Position numbers and translations under genes: made by a program. Source: a virus (taxonomy: Duplodnaviria > Heunggongvirae > Uroviricota > Caudoviricetes). From it: a stretch of 40,663 bases of DNA. Under the pieces are notes generated by a model. The model was not told where the DNA came from. It ran no database searches and saw only the letters and a program-made list of their open reading frames with translations. This document shows, piece after piece, positions 1 through 8,922 of the stretch. How positions within the stretch are numbered: the stretch's first letter is position 1; every line of letters begins with the position of its first letter. Where the stretch lies: the IMG/VR virus record IMGVR_UViG_2802429245_000006; one strand, written 5' to 3'.

Positions 1-846
1 TCAGATGGCTGATAGTTGCCCCGGATAATGCTTCGCAACGATGTCATTTAGCCGATCAACCAGTTCTGGTTTTCTGAACGTGATATGCGCGGAGCCCTTC
101 TTAAAGTATCTGATGCTGAACATCTCATCTTCATAGTCCTCTTTACCCTGAACAGACTGGATGTGATCATCCAGACGAATAGTGATGTTTTCCCGGTTGT
201 CGGGGATCGGTTTGCCGCTGAACAGATGCAGCATTCTTTCCAGGTCGGCAAGTCGATCGGCCTGTGGGCCGTTGTTCAGATGAAATCCCCATCTGTCCCA
301 CCTCACCAGATTGTTGACGATAATTTTACTGCCAAATTTACAGGGGCAATTGTTTTTGTAATTCCAGCTCAATCCCCTGAAGACGTTGATCACCCCTCGC
401 TCAAACACTTCATCTTTGTTCTGGTGCAGTTGTTCAAATGTGCTCAGAATGTTCGCTTCACTGATTTCCGGAAAATTATCGTACTCCAGTGACCGGTACC
501 ATGTCTCACGGGCCTGCGCATCCATTAATGACAGCATCCCGGAACGTTGCATCAGGTCACGCCAGATTTCGCGATCGAGATTGCGGGTGATGGCTTTCAT
601 TGCCGTTTCAGGTTTTTCCATCAGCCAGCAACCGCAGCGAAAATCCTGTTTCATCGCCCAGTCCAGTGCGGTTTTACCGCCAATACTTTCTGTCATTGCT
701 GAGATTTCTGCCAGTTGCCGGGTAAGTGTGTCGATTTGCAGCAGCGTACTCTTTCGTACAGCCAGAATGTGGCGGATACTGGTTGAGCAGATAACGTCCG
801 TATGCCCGTTGACCACTTCCGGACGGGGGGCTGTGATTTCAGACAT
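1..846 (-). CDS. Conserved island-associated hypothetical protein (possibly DUF4942 family)
   Basis: Complete 281-aa ORF; stop at 1-3, ATG at 846 preceded by AAGGA. Sits at the toxin-distal end of the CP4-like module. Family name recalled, not verified. Confidence 0.55.
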   Translation of the reverse strand: MSEITAPRPEVVNGHTDVICSTSIRHILAVRKSTLLQIDTLTRQLAEISAMTESIGGKTALDWAMKQDFRCGCWLMEKPETAMKAITRNLDREIWRDLMQRSGMLSLMDAQARETWYRSLEYDNFPEISEANILSTFEQLHQNKDEVFERGVINVFRGLSWNYKNNCPCKFGSKIIVNNLVRWDRWGFHLNNGPQADRLADLERMLHLFSGKPIPDNRENITIRLDDHIQSVQGKEDYEDEMFSIRYFKKGSAHITFRKPELVDRLNDIVAKHYPGQLSAI

Positions 847-874
847 AATCGATATTCCTTTTTGCAGATAAATG

Positions 875-901
875 AAAACGCCAGCTCTGTTAAGGCTGGC
901 G
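875..901 (-). terminator. Putative intrinsic terminator/attenuator between yeeW-like gene and downstream gene
   Basis: Stem cgccagc/gctggcg (879-885 / 895-901) followed on the minus strand by a T-run (plus-strand A-run 875-878). Confidence 0.4.
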
Positions 902-930
902 TCAGGAGAATGAAGTCTGGTGAGTGATAT

Positions 931-1353
931 TCACCGGTTCTGGTGCAGAAGCTGCAGTTGGCGCAGGGTACGGATATCCTCCCTGGCCTGTTCAATACAG
1001 GGCAGCAGTGCTGCCGAATCCGTTTTATCCTCATCGTTGTCGAAAATAATTCCGGACTCACAGTCGATATTGTCCTGCAGCCACGCAATGAGGATATCCA
1101 GCGCTGTTTCAGTGGTTAATGGCATCACGCTCTGTATCACTGTATTGTCTTCCGGCAACTGATGAGGGCTGGCAGAAGTTGCCGGTGTTTCGGTAGCGTC
1201 ACGTTCATCCACCACGCGGAGTGAATAACCGTTTTCAGCGACTTTGTTAATCAGTTCAGCGAGCTTAATACCATCGACGTCAACGACAATGCGCCCCATG
1301 TTCAGTGCCTGCACGTTAACGCTGTCTGCCTCCAGCGTCAGGGCCAGTTTCAT
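931..1353 (-). CDS. YeeW-like hypothetical protein immediately downstream of cbtA
   Basis: 140-aa ORF; its ATG (1351-1353) overlaps the cbtA stop in an ATGA junction. Position matches yeeW in CP4-44-type islands. Confidence 0.5.
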   Translation of the reverse strand: MKLALTLEADSVNVQALNMGRIVVDVDGIKLAELINKVAENGYSLRVVDERDATETPATSASPHQLPEDNTVIQSVMPLTTETALDILIAWLQDNIDCESGIIFDNDEDKTDSAALLPCIEQAREDIRTLRQLQLLHQNR

Positions 1354-1727
1354 TGTTTCGCCTCCGGATGCTTCCCCTGGGTAATGCCATTTACCGTTCT
1401 GTAATTGTCGCGGGTCATCAGGCCTGTCGCCCGGCGGGCCCGGAGGATATCGATGCTGTTTATTAACTGAGAGTGGGTACAGGTGCTGAATCCCGGCTGG
1501 TCGGTACGTACCAGCGCGTATTTTTCAACGAGAAAGTTCACCGCATCACACAGTGAAATGCCAGCTTCAATATGCTGCTCAATCACACGTTCATCGGCGA
1601 ACGGTGTGTCATTCAGCGTGAGGCCGTAATGCTGGTCCAGCAGTCGGGTGAGCAGTGTCTGCCAGATTTCAACCGGAGACGGGCGTGAACCGGCCGCCTG
1701 CCCGGGTAATACAGGTAATGTTTTCAT
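1350..1727 (-). CDS. cbtA: CbtA/YeeV-family type IV toxin (cytoskeleton-targeting)
   Basis: Translation from the ATG at 1727 (MKTLPVLPGQAAGSRPSPVEIWQTLLTRLLDQHYGLTLNDTPFADERVIEQHIEAG...) closely matches my memory of YeeV/CbtA. The ORF-track frame extends 47 codons further upstream. Confidence 0.85.
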   Translation of the reverse strand: MKTLPVLPGQAAGSRPSPVEIWQTLLTRLLDQHYGLTLNDTPFADERVIEQHIEAGISLCDAVNFLVEKYALVRTDQPGFSTCTHSQLINSIDILRARRATGLMTRDNYRTVNGITQGKHPEAKQ

Positions 1728-1816
1728 ACTGAAGATTTTCCTGATATGCAGAGATGAGAAATGGGAAAGTGGTGTGGTGAAAGCACCTGGCCGGAGCAGA
1801 AGGTTATTCTGATTAT

Positions 1817-2185
1817 TTACTTTTTCGTTTCGGGCGTCGGATAAACAGCCATATAAACGTAGCCACAACTGCCGAGGGTGTCGGCTTCGCAGGTCAGCCC
1901 TTTTGCATACAGCGTGACGGTATGCTGATGGCGGGGATTCAGTTCACCGCTGGTGAGCATGAGTTCCAGTTGTTTCATCAGCAGCGGAAGGGCTTGGTCC
2001 AGGTGGTACGCATCCGCGTCGCTGAACCGGCCTCTGATACCGGCACGGTCGGCAAGGTAATGCAACTGGTTGTCTTCCTGCACCAGACGTGCCCCGAAAC
2101 AGGGCGTCACGGTGCAGGGTAGCCCCCACCAGGGGCGGTCGTTGTTGTCGTCGGGATAATTTGTTTCATGGAGCGTGTCTGACAC
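1817..2185 (-). CDS. cbeA: CbeA/YeeU-family antitoxin
   Basis: GTG start at 2183-2185 gives VSDTLHETNYPDDNNDRPWWGLPCTVTPCFGARLVQE..., 122 aa, matching the YeeU family. AAGGA lies upstream. Confidence 0.85.
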   Translation of the reverse strand: MSDTLHETNYPDDNNDRPWWGLPCTVTPCFGARLVQEDNQLHYLADRAGIRGRFSDADAYHLDQALPLLMKQLELMLTSGELNPRHQHTVTLYAKGLTCEADTLGSCGYVYMAVYPTPETKK

Positions 2186-2234
2186 GATAAAATCCTTACA
2201 GAAAATCGGTGAATGATAGTTTAACGATGACGAG

Positions 2235-2882
2235 TCAGCCGGCGCGCAGACCGGCTTCGGTGAAGGTGTATTCGTTGATGAGCAGGGCCTCATCCACAGC
2301 GGCGTCTGAGGTCAGCCAGTCGTACTCGTTTTCCAGTTGACGGTACAACCAGAAGGCCAGGTCGCGCAGGGCTTCGCTGACTGCGGCTTCCGCATCGGTT
2401 GTCATTATCTGACCAGTCGGACTGTTCCGGGTGACGGTGATATCCATGCTGTACGGATGGCAGTAACGTCCCCGGTGACTGATTTCAGCCTGTAACTGCC
2501 AGAAGTTACGCTTCTGTACCGACTGCAGGGCATCCGCGATACGATGAAGTTCACGGTCCTGTGGGGCATACTCCCGGATTCTCCTGGCTGTTGCTGACTG
2601 CCAGTGCCAGCGTCCTTCAAAACAGGCTCCGTCCCCCTGGCTGCAGAATCCGCTGAACCAGATGCACGGCTCTTCCATAAACCTGCCGTTGCTGAGCCGG
2701 AAAACGCGCTGGCGGAGGCTAATCCCGAAAATGTTACAGACCTCCCTGAAGTCTTCATACACGTTTTCATACCAGTTGCTGTCAGCATGATGCTGACGGT
2801 ACCAGTCGCGGGCTTTTTCCCGTGCAGCAGGGCAGGAAAGTTCATCCAGCGTATACACAGTGGTGGTGATAATGCTGCTCAT
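2235..2882 (-). CDS. Hypothetical protein, 215 aa, Trp/Cys-rich, function unknown
   Basis: ATG at 2880-2882 with AGGGGAT upstream. Fits exactly between the yeeT stop (2901) and the cbeA start. Not recognised by me. Confidence 0.6.
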   Translation of the reverse strand: MSSIITTTVYTLDELSCPAAREKARDWYRQHHADSNWYENVYEDFREVCNIFGISLRQRVFRLSNGRFMEEPCIWFSGFCSQGDGACFEGRWHWQSATARRIREYAPQDRELHRIADALQSVQKRNFWQLQAEISHRGRYCHPYSMDITVTRNSPTGQIMTTDAEAAVSEALRDLAFWLYRQLENEYDWLTSDAAVDEALLINEYTFTEAGLRAG

Positions 2883-2900
2883 CAGAATCCCCTTTCTGAT

Positions 2901-3122
2901 TCAGTTCAGGGTGACGCTCATCAGCCGGACATACGGACCAAAACTGTCCTTACGGCGTTCTGCAAACACGGCCAGCACACCGGGAATATCCTGCACTTCA
3001 CGACCGGTATACGCTTCAGCACTGCCGTGCCAGCGGTATTTGCCGGTACAGAACGGAAAAAGACGGGATGCCGGATGCTGACGGTGAATACGCATGGCTT
3101 CGCCACGGGTGATGATTTTCAT
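2901..3122 (-). CDS. yeeT: YeeT-family protein (DUF987)
   Basis: 73-aa translation MKIITRGEAMRIHRQHPASRLFPFCTGKYRWHGSAEAYTGREVQDIPGVLAVFAERRKDSFGPYVRLMSVTLN matches YeeT. Confidence 0.85.
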   Translation of the reverse strand: MKIITRGEAMRIHRQHPASRLFPFCTGKYRWHGSAEAYTGREVQDIPGVLAVFAERRKDSFGPYVRLMSVTLN

Positions 3123-3184
3123 AGTGGGATACCTCTGAAGACAGAAGATAAAAGTGAAAACAGGTGTGATGTGGTTGTGACGGG

Positions 3185-3661
3185 TTAAAGCAGACCATGT
3201 TCGGCAAAGGAGAAAACCTGGCTGCCACCGACTATCAGATGGTCCGGCACCCGGATATCCACCAGGCCCAGTGCCTGTACCAGACGTTCCGTGATAAGGC
3301 GGTCTGCCTTGCTGGGTGTGACTTCACCGGACGGGTGATTGTGTGCCAGCACCACAGCAGCGGCATTGTGATACAGGGCGCGTTTAATCACTTCCCGGGG
3401 ATGGACTTCCGTGCGGTTGATGGTGCCGGTGAAGAGGGTTTCACCGGCAATCAGCTGATTCTGGTTGTTCAGATACAGCACCCGGAACTCTTCACGCTCC
3501 AGTCCCGCCATGTTCAGAATCAGCCATTCTCGTGCCGCACGGGTGGAGGTGAAGGCCACGCCGGGTTCATGAAGATGGCGGTCCAGGGTTTTCAGGGCCC
3601 GTTGAATGAGGCTGAGCTCGCCGGGCGTCATCTCTCCGGGCAGAAAGGAAAGCTGTTGCAT
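3185..3661 (-). CDS. yeeS: RadC-like JAB/MPN-domain protein (YeeS/YfjY/YkfG family)
   Basis: From the ATG at 3661: MQQLSFLPGEMTPGELSLIQRALKTLDRHLHEPG... with the HNHPSG JAB motif. Confidence 0.85.
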   Translation of the reverse strand: MQQLSFLPGEMTPGELSLIQRALKTLDRHLHEPGVAFTSTRAAREWLILNMAGLEREEFRVLYLNNQNQLIAGETLFTGTINRTEVHPREVIKRALYHNAAAVVLAHNHPSGEVTPSKADRLITERLVQALGLVDIRVPDHLIVGGSQVFSFAEHGLL

Positions 3662-3676
3662 TGTACTTCTCTCCAT

Positions 3677-4150
3677 TCAGTCGATGATGCGCATAATGGC
3701 GCTGCATTCCGGATGCTGCAGGGCGTAATCCCGCAGCCGGTAATAATGGACCGTCATGGCATAACACTCCGTACGACAGGCATGATGACTGTACGTCATC
3801 AGACAGGCAGCAATGCCGGCAGCTTCCGGACTCATTTCAGCGCGGTTACCGTTCATGGCATTGAACAGTACCCATGTTTCGTCATCATCGTCATCCGGTT
3901 CGGGTGCTATAAATGCCCCGCCGTTGTTCAGGGTGTACAGATTCCAGATACCACCGCAGTAGTCTTCGCACAGACGGTCCATCCAGCCGAAGACACGGGG
4001 CTCCAGGGTCACCCACTGTGGAATGAGGCCAAAATGCTGCGGCCAGAAGCTGATGCGCTGTTCATCAGGGACTATGGTGGCAACCAGTTGTTGCAGGCCA
4101 GTCTCCGGTGCACAGGCCGAAGAGGTGGTGTTCTGAGACAATGTTTTCAT
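3677..4150 (-). CDS. klcA: KlcA/ArdB-type antirestriction protein (YfjX/YafX family)
   Basis: From the ATG at 4148-4150: MKTLSQNTTSS...FWPQHFGLIPQWVTLEPRVFGWMDRLCEDYCGGIWNLYTLNNGGAFIAPEPDDDDDETW..., characteristic of the family. Confidence 0.8.
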   Translation of the reverse strand: MKTLSQNTTSSACAPETGLQQLVATIVPDEQRISFWPQHFGLIPQWVTLEPRVFGWMDRLCEDYCGGIWNLYTLNNGGAFIAPEPDDDDDETWVLFNAMNGNRAEMSPEAAGIAACLMTYSHHACRTECYAMTVHYYRLRDYALQHPECSAIMRIID

Positions 4151-4243
4151 GTATGAAATCCTTGTAATGTGAATAAATGAGAGGGAGTAAAGGTCGGGAG
4201 CTGGCAACATCACGTTCATCACTGACCGTGAGACCCGGCAATA

Positions 4244-4489
4244 TCAGGGATGAATGATATTCGTCTGAAATTCCGGACAGCCGTACGCGTAACCGTTCCG
4301 GTCACAGACGGATGGCCAGATGCCATTGTCTGTACTCAGTCTGCACAGACTGAGTTCTCCGGGACGGTAAAGCAGACGGGTACACCAGGCGCACAGGTCA
4401 TCATCAGAAATGGAACGACACCCCAGCAGCGCCTCCGGGGCGTCGGGTGATTCTGGTACCTGAATCACGCCTTCAGAGACAGGCTGCAT
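4244..4489 (-). CDS. Small Cys-rich hypothetical protein (81 aa)
   Basis: ATG at 4487-4489 overlaps the stop of the upstream DUF932 gene (TGATG), suggesting translational coupling. No recognised family. Confidence 0.45.
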   Translation of the reverse strand: MQPVSEGVIQVPESPDAPEALLGCRSISDDDLCAWCTRLLYRPGELSLCRLSTDNGIWPSVCDRNGYAYGCPEFQTNIIHP

Positions 4490-5307
4490 CAGCGCATACT
4501 CTCCAGCAGCGTTTCTGCCATTACCCACAATGCGCGGTTGAGCTTAATATCGGTATCAATGCTGTGAATGGCACGGGTGTGGATACGTTTTCCTCTGGCA
4601 CTGCGACCGGAAATCCCGCCTTTCAGCATATTCTCCTGGATGGTCTGATAAGTACTCCACAGGTCCTTACCGTAATCCTCCCGGCGTCGTGGCGTCAGAA
4701 TGTCGGCGGTGGTGACGGGCTGATGTTCGTCACCATAACGGTAAGTCAGTGCCGCCTGTGCCAGCGCCTGGCGTGCCGGTGGCGGCAGGACCAGCGACTG
4801 CATGGCATCACGCTTTTCCTCAATCCGGTCAAAAACCCCCACCACTTCGTAAGCCCCTTCGATAACTTTCTCCACCACATTTCCCCGGTGTGGAACACGC
4901 ACTTCCCCCAGAGACTGACCGCAGACCAGGCCATTGGTACAAATGGCACGGAAATATCCGGGTAACATCTGGTAGCTGGATGAACCGTCATGGGAGTTGA
5001 GCAGAATAATTTCAGGCACATGCTGACCGGTTATCTGTCCGGCCCGCCGCAGGCGCAGCATGTGTTTTGTGTATCCCCGGCGGCCCGGGTCACGTACGCG
5101 GGTCTGGCAGGCAAAGAAGGGCTGAAAACCTTCCCGCTGCAGGCTTTCCAGCACGGTGATGGTGGGGATCCAGGTATAGTTCTCGCTTCTGGATGTGTGC
5201 TTATCTTCCCCGAATACGCTGGGGACGACCTGCATCAGTTCTTCACGAGTTAAGGGGCGGTCACGGCGTATCTGGTTCGCATAACCAAAACGACTGGCTA
5301 ATCGCAT
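4489..5307 (-). CDS. DUF932-family protein (YafZ-like)
   Basis: 272-aa translation MRLASRFGYANQIRRDRPLTREELMQVVPSVFGEDKHTSRSENYTWIPT... matches the YafZ family of CP4-type prophages. Confidence 0.8.
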   Translation of the reverse strand: MRLASRFGYANQIRRDRPLTREELMQVVPSVFGEDKHTSRSENYTWIPTITVLESLQREGFQPFFACQTRVRDPGRRGYTKHMLRLRRAGQITGQHVPEIILLNSHDGSSSYQMLPGYFRAICTNGLVCGQSLGEVRVPHRGNVVEKVIEGAYEVVGVFDRIEEKRDAMQSLVLPPPARQALAQAALTYRYGDEHQPVTTADILTPRRREDYGKDLWSTYQTIQENMLKGGISGRSARGKRIHTRAIHSIDTDIKLNRALWVMAETLLESMR

Positions 5308-5343
5308 GATTTATTCCTTATGAATGAGTTAGCGGTATAAATG

Positions 5344-5374
5344 AAAAAGCCGCGTCTCCCGGAGAAGACGCGGC
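5344..5374 (-). terminator. Intrinsic terminator downstream of the DUF905 gene
   Basis: Stem gccgcgtc/gacgcggc (5349-5356 / 5367-5374) followed on the minus strand by TTTTT (plus-strand 5344-5348). Confidence 0.5.
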
Positions 5375-5397
5375 CTGATGGGGGAAATGAATGACGT

Positions 5398-5622
5398 TTA
5401 TTGTCTGAGAAGCCCTTCACTGGCGAGCCGCGTATTAAGTTGTTTGCCGGCATCGGATTCAAAATTCCAGCACCGCCAGCGTAGCTGCCCTTCAGCATTA
5501 CGGATAACCAGCCGGAAATGCGTTCCCTGGTCATCTTCAGTAAACACATTGCGGTAAGCTGTTGTGACGGCAACCGCCTGTTCGCGTGAGAAAGGGCCTT
5601 CGGCAATAAACGTGATGTACAA
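5398..5622 (-). CDS. DUF905-family small protein (YkfF-like)
   Basis: 74-aa ORF with ...[49 protein letters not shown]..., resembling the DUF905 proteins of CP4-type islands. Confidence 0.65.
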   Translation of the reverse strand: MYITFIAEGPFSREQAVAVTTAYRNVFTEDDQGTHFRLVIRNAEGQLRWRCWNFESDAGKQLNTRLASEGLLRQ

Positions 5623-5650
5623 CCCGGCATATCTGTTGCTCCCTGAAAGT

Positions 5651-5678
5651 AAAAAGCCCCGGTCATGATGACCGGGGC
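5651..5678 (-). terminator. Intrinsic terminator downstream of flu
   Basis: Near-perfect palindrome gccccggtcat/atgaccggggc (5656-5678) followed on the minus strand by TTTTT (plus-strand 5651-5655). Confidence 0.55.
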
Positions 5679-5700
5679 CTGAAGGGGAGTGACCTGATTA

Positions 5701-8550
5701 TCAGAAAGTCACATTCAGCGTGGCCTGACCGTTATAACCTTCAGCGCTGCTGCCGCTGACGCTGTGGGCATAACCGGCCTGAACGCCCAGGGTGATATTT
5801 TCCCGGACACGGGCTTCCAGTCCGGCCTGCAGGTCCAGTGACGTGCCATTCTGGGACGGTGAGAACGTCATGTTACTGCCGGCGGCGGCTGTACCCATGC
5901 TCATGTCACCCCGGGAGCTGAAAGTGCGGATAACAGAAGGCTGTACCCACCAGTTCACCGGCAGTTCACTCACACGGTGCTTTGCACTGTCGCGCAGAGT
6001 GTCACGGGATGAGGTGCCTTCGCCAAAGGTCATATCGTTGTGGCTGCCCAGACGGAAACCGGCACGCACATGTTGTGCACTGCCATGCCCGAACTTCACA
6101 TAACCGGCGTTATCCTGGCCGTCATCCAGGGAGAGTCCCTGCCAGGTGTACTGCAGTTGTGGCTCCAGCATCAGGTTGTCAGTGATACTGAAGGGCAGAC
6201 CGGTTTCCAGTGAGCCCAGCCAGCCCCAGCCCCGGGCGCGGAAGTCGTTATTGTCCGATGACGCTTTCATGCTGTGGCAGGTTCCCTGTGCCACAATGTC
6301 AGCCCACAGGCCGGAGGACGTGTGTACCAGATTCAGATATCCGCCCAGACTGCCGGCATCATCCCGGACCGTGCCGGCGCGGGAGCCGTCATCATCCTTA
6401 ACATCAACGGAAGAATGGCCTGCAGCACCATATACCCCTGTCGTCAGAGACATACCGGCCACCTCTGTTCTGAGCAGGTCACCCTCCAGACGGACGAAGC
6501 CATAGCTGCCGCTGCTTTCCGGCGTGGCCCCACGGGCAATACCACCGTTGTTATCGTGCCCGAGATGACCGCCCTGAATGCTGAGACGGACGCTGTTATT
6601 TTCACCGTTTACACCGGTCTGATGGCTGCGGGAGCCTGCCAGAATCCGGTCATAGTCCATTGCCTGTGTCAGCATGGATGTATACAGGGGGACTTCAGCA
6701 CGATAAGCATTTTCACTGCGCAGGTACCAGTCTTCATCGCTGTCACGGTTCAGGGTGTAGTTAAAGGCGCCGGCCTGAAGCGGGCGACTCAGGGCAAACG
6801 CACCTTCTTCTGTGGTGGCGCCATTCTGTGCATCCACAACCCGGATACCCTGTCCGGAGGTTGCCACCCCGAGGTTACTGTTTCCGACATTTGTAAACGC
6901 AAGCCAGGTTTTGCCGGTTGCCTGACCACCATTAATCACCAGCTGGTCAGAGGTATTGCTGCCATCAAGGCGAACACGCATATTGATGGTGCCACCCTGA
7001 CCGGTGAGGTTACTGGTTGTCAGTTTATGGAACGTTACCGGGGCGTTGCCTTTTGCAACAGCACGGCTCAGTACGGCGTCCGGTGTTGTCTGATTATCAA
7101 AGTAAATCTCCCCTGCGTTAACAATATCGCCGGTACTGACCACATCACCATTCAGTACCATGCTGGCGCCTTTACTGAGCTGTGTTCTGCCACTCAGACT
7201 TCCCCCGGCAGCCAGCGTCAGTGTTCCACGATATCCGACAGTGGTGTTACCGGCCTGTCCCCCGGCATTAACCGTAAAGCTGCCGCCATTTTCCAGTAGC
7301 AGGCCGCTGGCCTGACCGGATATGCCATCAATACTGAACTTACCGCTGGCATTGGTCCCCTCAACAGTGGCACCACTGTCTGCAATCAGGGCACCACCGG
7401 ATGTCATGGTGACACCTGTCGCCTTACCACCGGCAGACACTGCCAGGGTACCGCCGTCATCCACCAGGGTATTCTGTGCTGAATGGTTCTCCAGTACATC
7501 CAGACGACCGCCATTTTCCAGAACGACGTTATCTGCCATGCCATTTCCCACGGAGAAATGCCCCAGGCAGTTTGTGCCGGTGACAGTTGCAGCAGTACTG
7601 GTAACCAGTGCACCGCCCGTGTTCTGGGTGACTGCAGTGGCTTCCCCGCCGGCATGTACCCTCAGTTCACCGTTCTGATTTATGGTGGTGTTACCAACAG
7701 CACCACCTGCCTTAACAACCTGCCAGCCCCCCTCGTTAATTACCGTGTTCAGCGCAAGTCCGTCCTTGTGCACATACTGGTAACCGCCATTCAGTGTGGT
7801 ATTCAGGGCCCTTCCGTGTACCGACTGGTCACCACCTGCGTAAATGAGAGTGTCACGGGCTATCCCGGAAAATAAGATAATCTGCCGTCCATTTTTGTTG
7901 ATGGTGGTGGATTCTGCTGTTCCCTGGACCTTCTGCCCCGTGTACGAGTTGTCAGAATCCGGGCCGCCTTCTGCGCCGGTGTTGATGATGGTTCCTGTTG
8001 CCAGCCCGCCACTTTTAACGCTCTGGTAACCGTCGCGGTTGATAATTGTACCGGTGGCAACCCCGCCCTCATGAACCCACTGCTCGCCTCTGTTATTCAG
8101 CGTGGTGTTCACCGCCAGCCCGTTCAGGCTCTGTCCCCCGCCGTCACGAATAACCGTATCACTGGCTGTTCCCCCCTCCAGCACGACCTGACGACCATTT
8201 GTGGTGACAGTGGTGTTTCCGGCTATCCCGCCATTCTGTATCCATTGCCCACCGGTGTTTTCTTCACTGTCCGGCCCCAGTTCCAGCCCGGTACTGATGG
8301 TCATTCCGTTGGCCGTACCGAAGACAATCTGGTTGTCGTGATTTGTCAGTGTTCCGCCGCTCACGGTTTCTCCAGCCTGTACAACCGTGTCAGCAGCCAG
8401 TGCCGGGACTGAAGTGGCGGTGGCAAGAGACAGCGCCAGCGCCACGCCAGTACGTTTCCCCCGTGAGCGGGCCAGTTCGGAAGCCACCACCAGGGTGCCC
8501 GTAATGTGATTCCATACCAGCCTGTAGCTGGTGTTCAGATGTCGTTTCAT
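5701..8550 (-). CDS. flu: Antigen 43 (Ag43) self-associating autotransporter adhesin
   Basis: From the ATG at 8548-8550: MKRHLNTSYRLVWNHITGTLVVASELARSRGKRTGVALALSLA... with a repetitive passenger and the conserved beta-barrel C-terminus ...QATLNVTF; 949 aa. The ORF-track frame extends 25 codons upstream. Confidence 0.95.
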   Translation of the reverse strand: MKRHLNTSYRLVWNHITGTLVVASELARSRGKRTGVALALSLATATSVPALAADTVVQAGETVSGGTLTNHDNQIVFGTANGMTISTGLELGPDSEENTGGQWIQNGGIAGNTTVTTNGRQVVLEGGTASDTVIRDGGGQSLNGLAVNTTLNNRGEQWVHEGGVATGTIINRDGYQSVKSGGLATGTIINTGAEGGPDSDNSYTGQKVQGTAESTTINKNGRQIILFSGIARDTLIYAGGDQSVHGRALNTTLNGGYQYVHKDGLALNTVINEGGWQVVKAGGAVGNTTINQNGELRVHAGGEATAVTQNTGGALVTSTAATVTGTNCLGHFSVGNGMADNVVLENGGRLDVLENHSAQNTLVDDGGTLAVSAGGKATGVTMTSGGALIADSGATVEGTNASGKFSIDGISGQASGLLLENGGSFTVNAGGQAGNTTVGYRGTLTLAAGGSLSGRTQLSKGASMVLNGDVVSTGDIVNAGEIYFDNQTTPDAVLSRAVAKGNAPVTFHKLTTSNLTGQGGTINMRVRLDGSNTSDQLVINGGQATGKTWLAFTNVGNSNLGVATSGQGIRVVDAQNGATTEEGAFALSRPLQAGAFNYTLNRDSDEDWYLRSENAYRAEVPLYTSMLTQAMDYDRILAGSRSHQTGVNGENNSVRLSIQGGHLGHDNNGGIARGATPESSGSYGFVRLEGDLLRTEVAGMSLTTGVYGAAGHSSVDVKDDDGSRAGTVRDDAGSLGGYLNLVHTSSGLWADIVAQGTCHSMKASSDNNDFRARGWGWLGSLETGLPFSITDNLMLEPQLQYTWQGLSLDDGQDNAGYVKFGHGSAQHVRAGFRLGSHNDMTFGEGTSSRDTLRDSAKHRVSELPVNWWVQPSVIRTFSSRGDMSMGTAAAGSNMTFSPSQNGTSLDLQAGLEARVRENITLGVQAGYAHSVSGSSAEGYNGQATLNVTF

Positions 8551-8767
8551 CAGCTTTTCCTTACAGAGGGTGAATAAAAAAGCCGGTACCCACAAAAGTG
8601 GATACCGGCAGGTACAAAACAGCATGGTCAGATAAAGTGGTTTTTCCCGGACATAAATGCTTCCCCTCTCTCATCCGCCAGAGAAGTATCAGTCCGTTGT
8701 GTGCAATTCCGTTCTGCATGATGAAGAGATTCAGCTGCCTTTTCGCAGACCATTAACCACTATAAAC

Positions 8768-8803
8768 GATCGATAGCAACGATCGATACCTATTTTATCG
8801 ATC
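8768..8803. promoter_or_regulatory. agn43-type phase-variation switch: three clustered GATC sites (Dam methylation / OxyR operator)
   Basis: GATC at 8768, 8781 and 8800 inside a cgatcg-rich tract about 220-250 bp upstream of the flu start codon. Confidence 0.75.
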
Positions 8804-8922
8804 GTTTTATTCTATTAACAGCAAAGCAGTCACGCAAGAGAAACAGGAGGGGTATGAGGTGTTTGTGTCATGTTTTCAGTTGGTTAACGCAATGTAATCG
8901 GGTATTTCCCCTGGCAGACTGT

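Noticed and set aside
3197-4156. 319-aa plus-strand ORF
   Set aside because: Antisense to the well-supported radC-like and klcA-like genes; no RBS or recognisable motif.
6274-7299. 341-aa plus-strand ORF (and other ORFs at 5792-8412) inside flu
   Set aside because: Antisense shadow ORFs within the GC-rich, repeat-rich Ag43 passenger region; the minus-strand frame has the unmistakable Ag43 signature.
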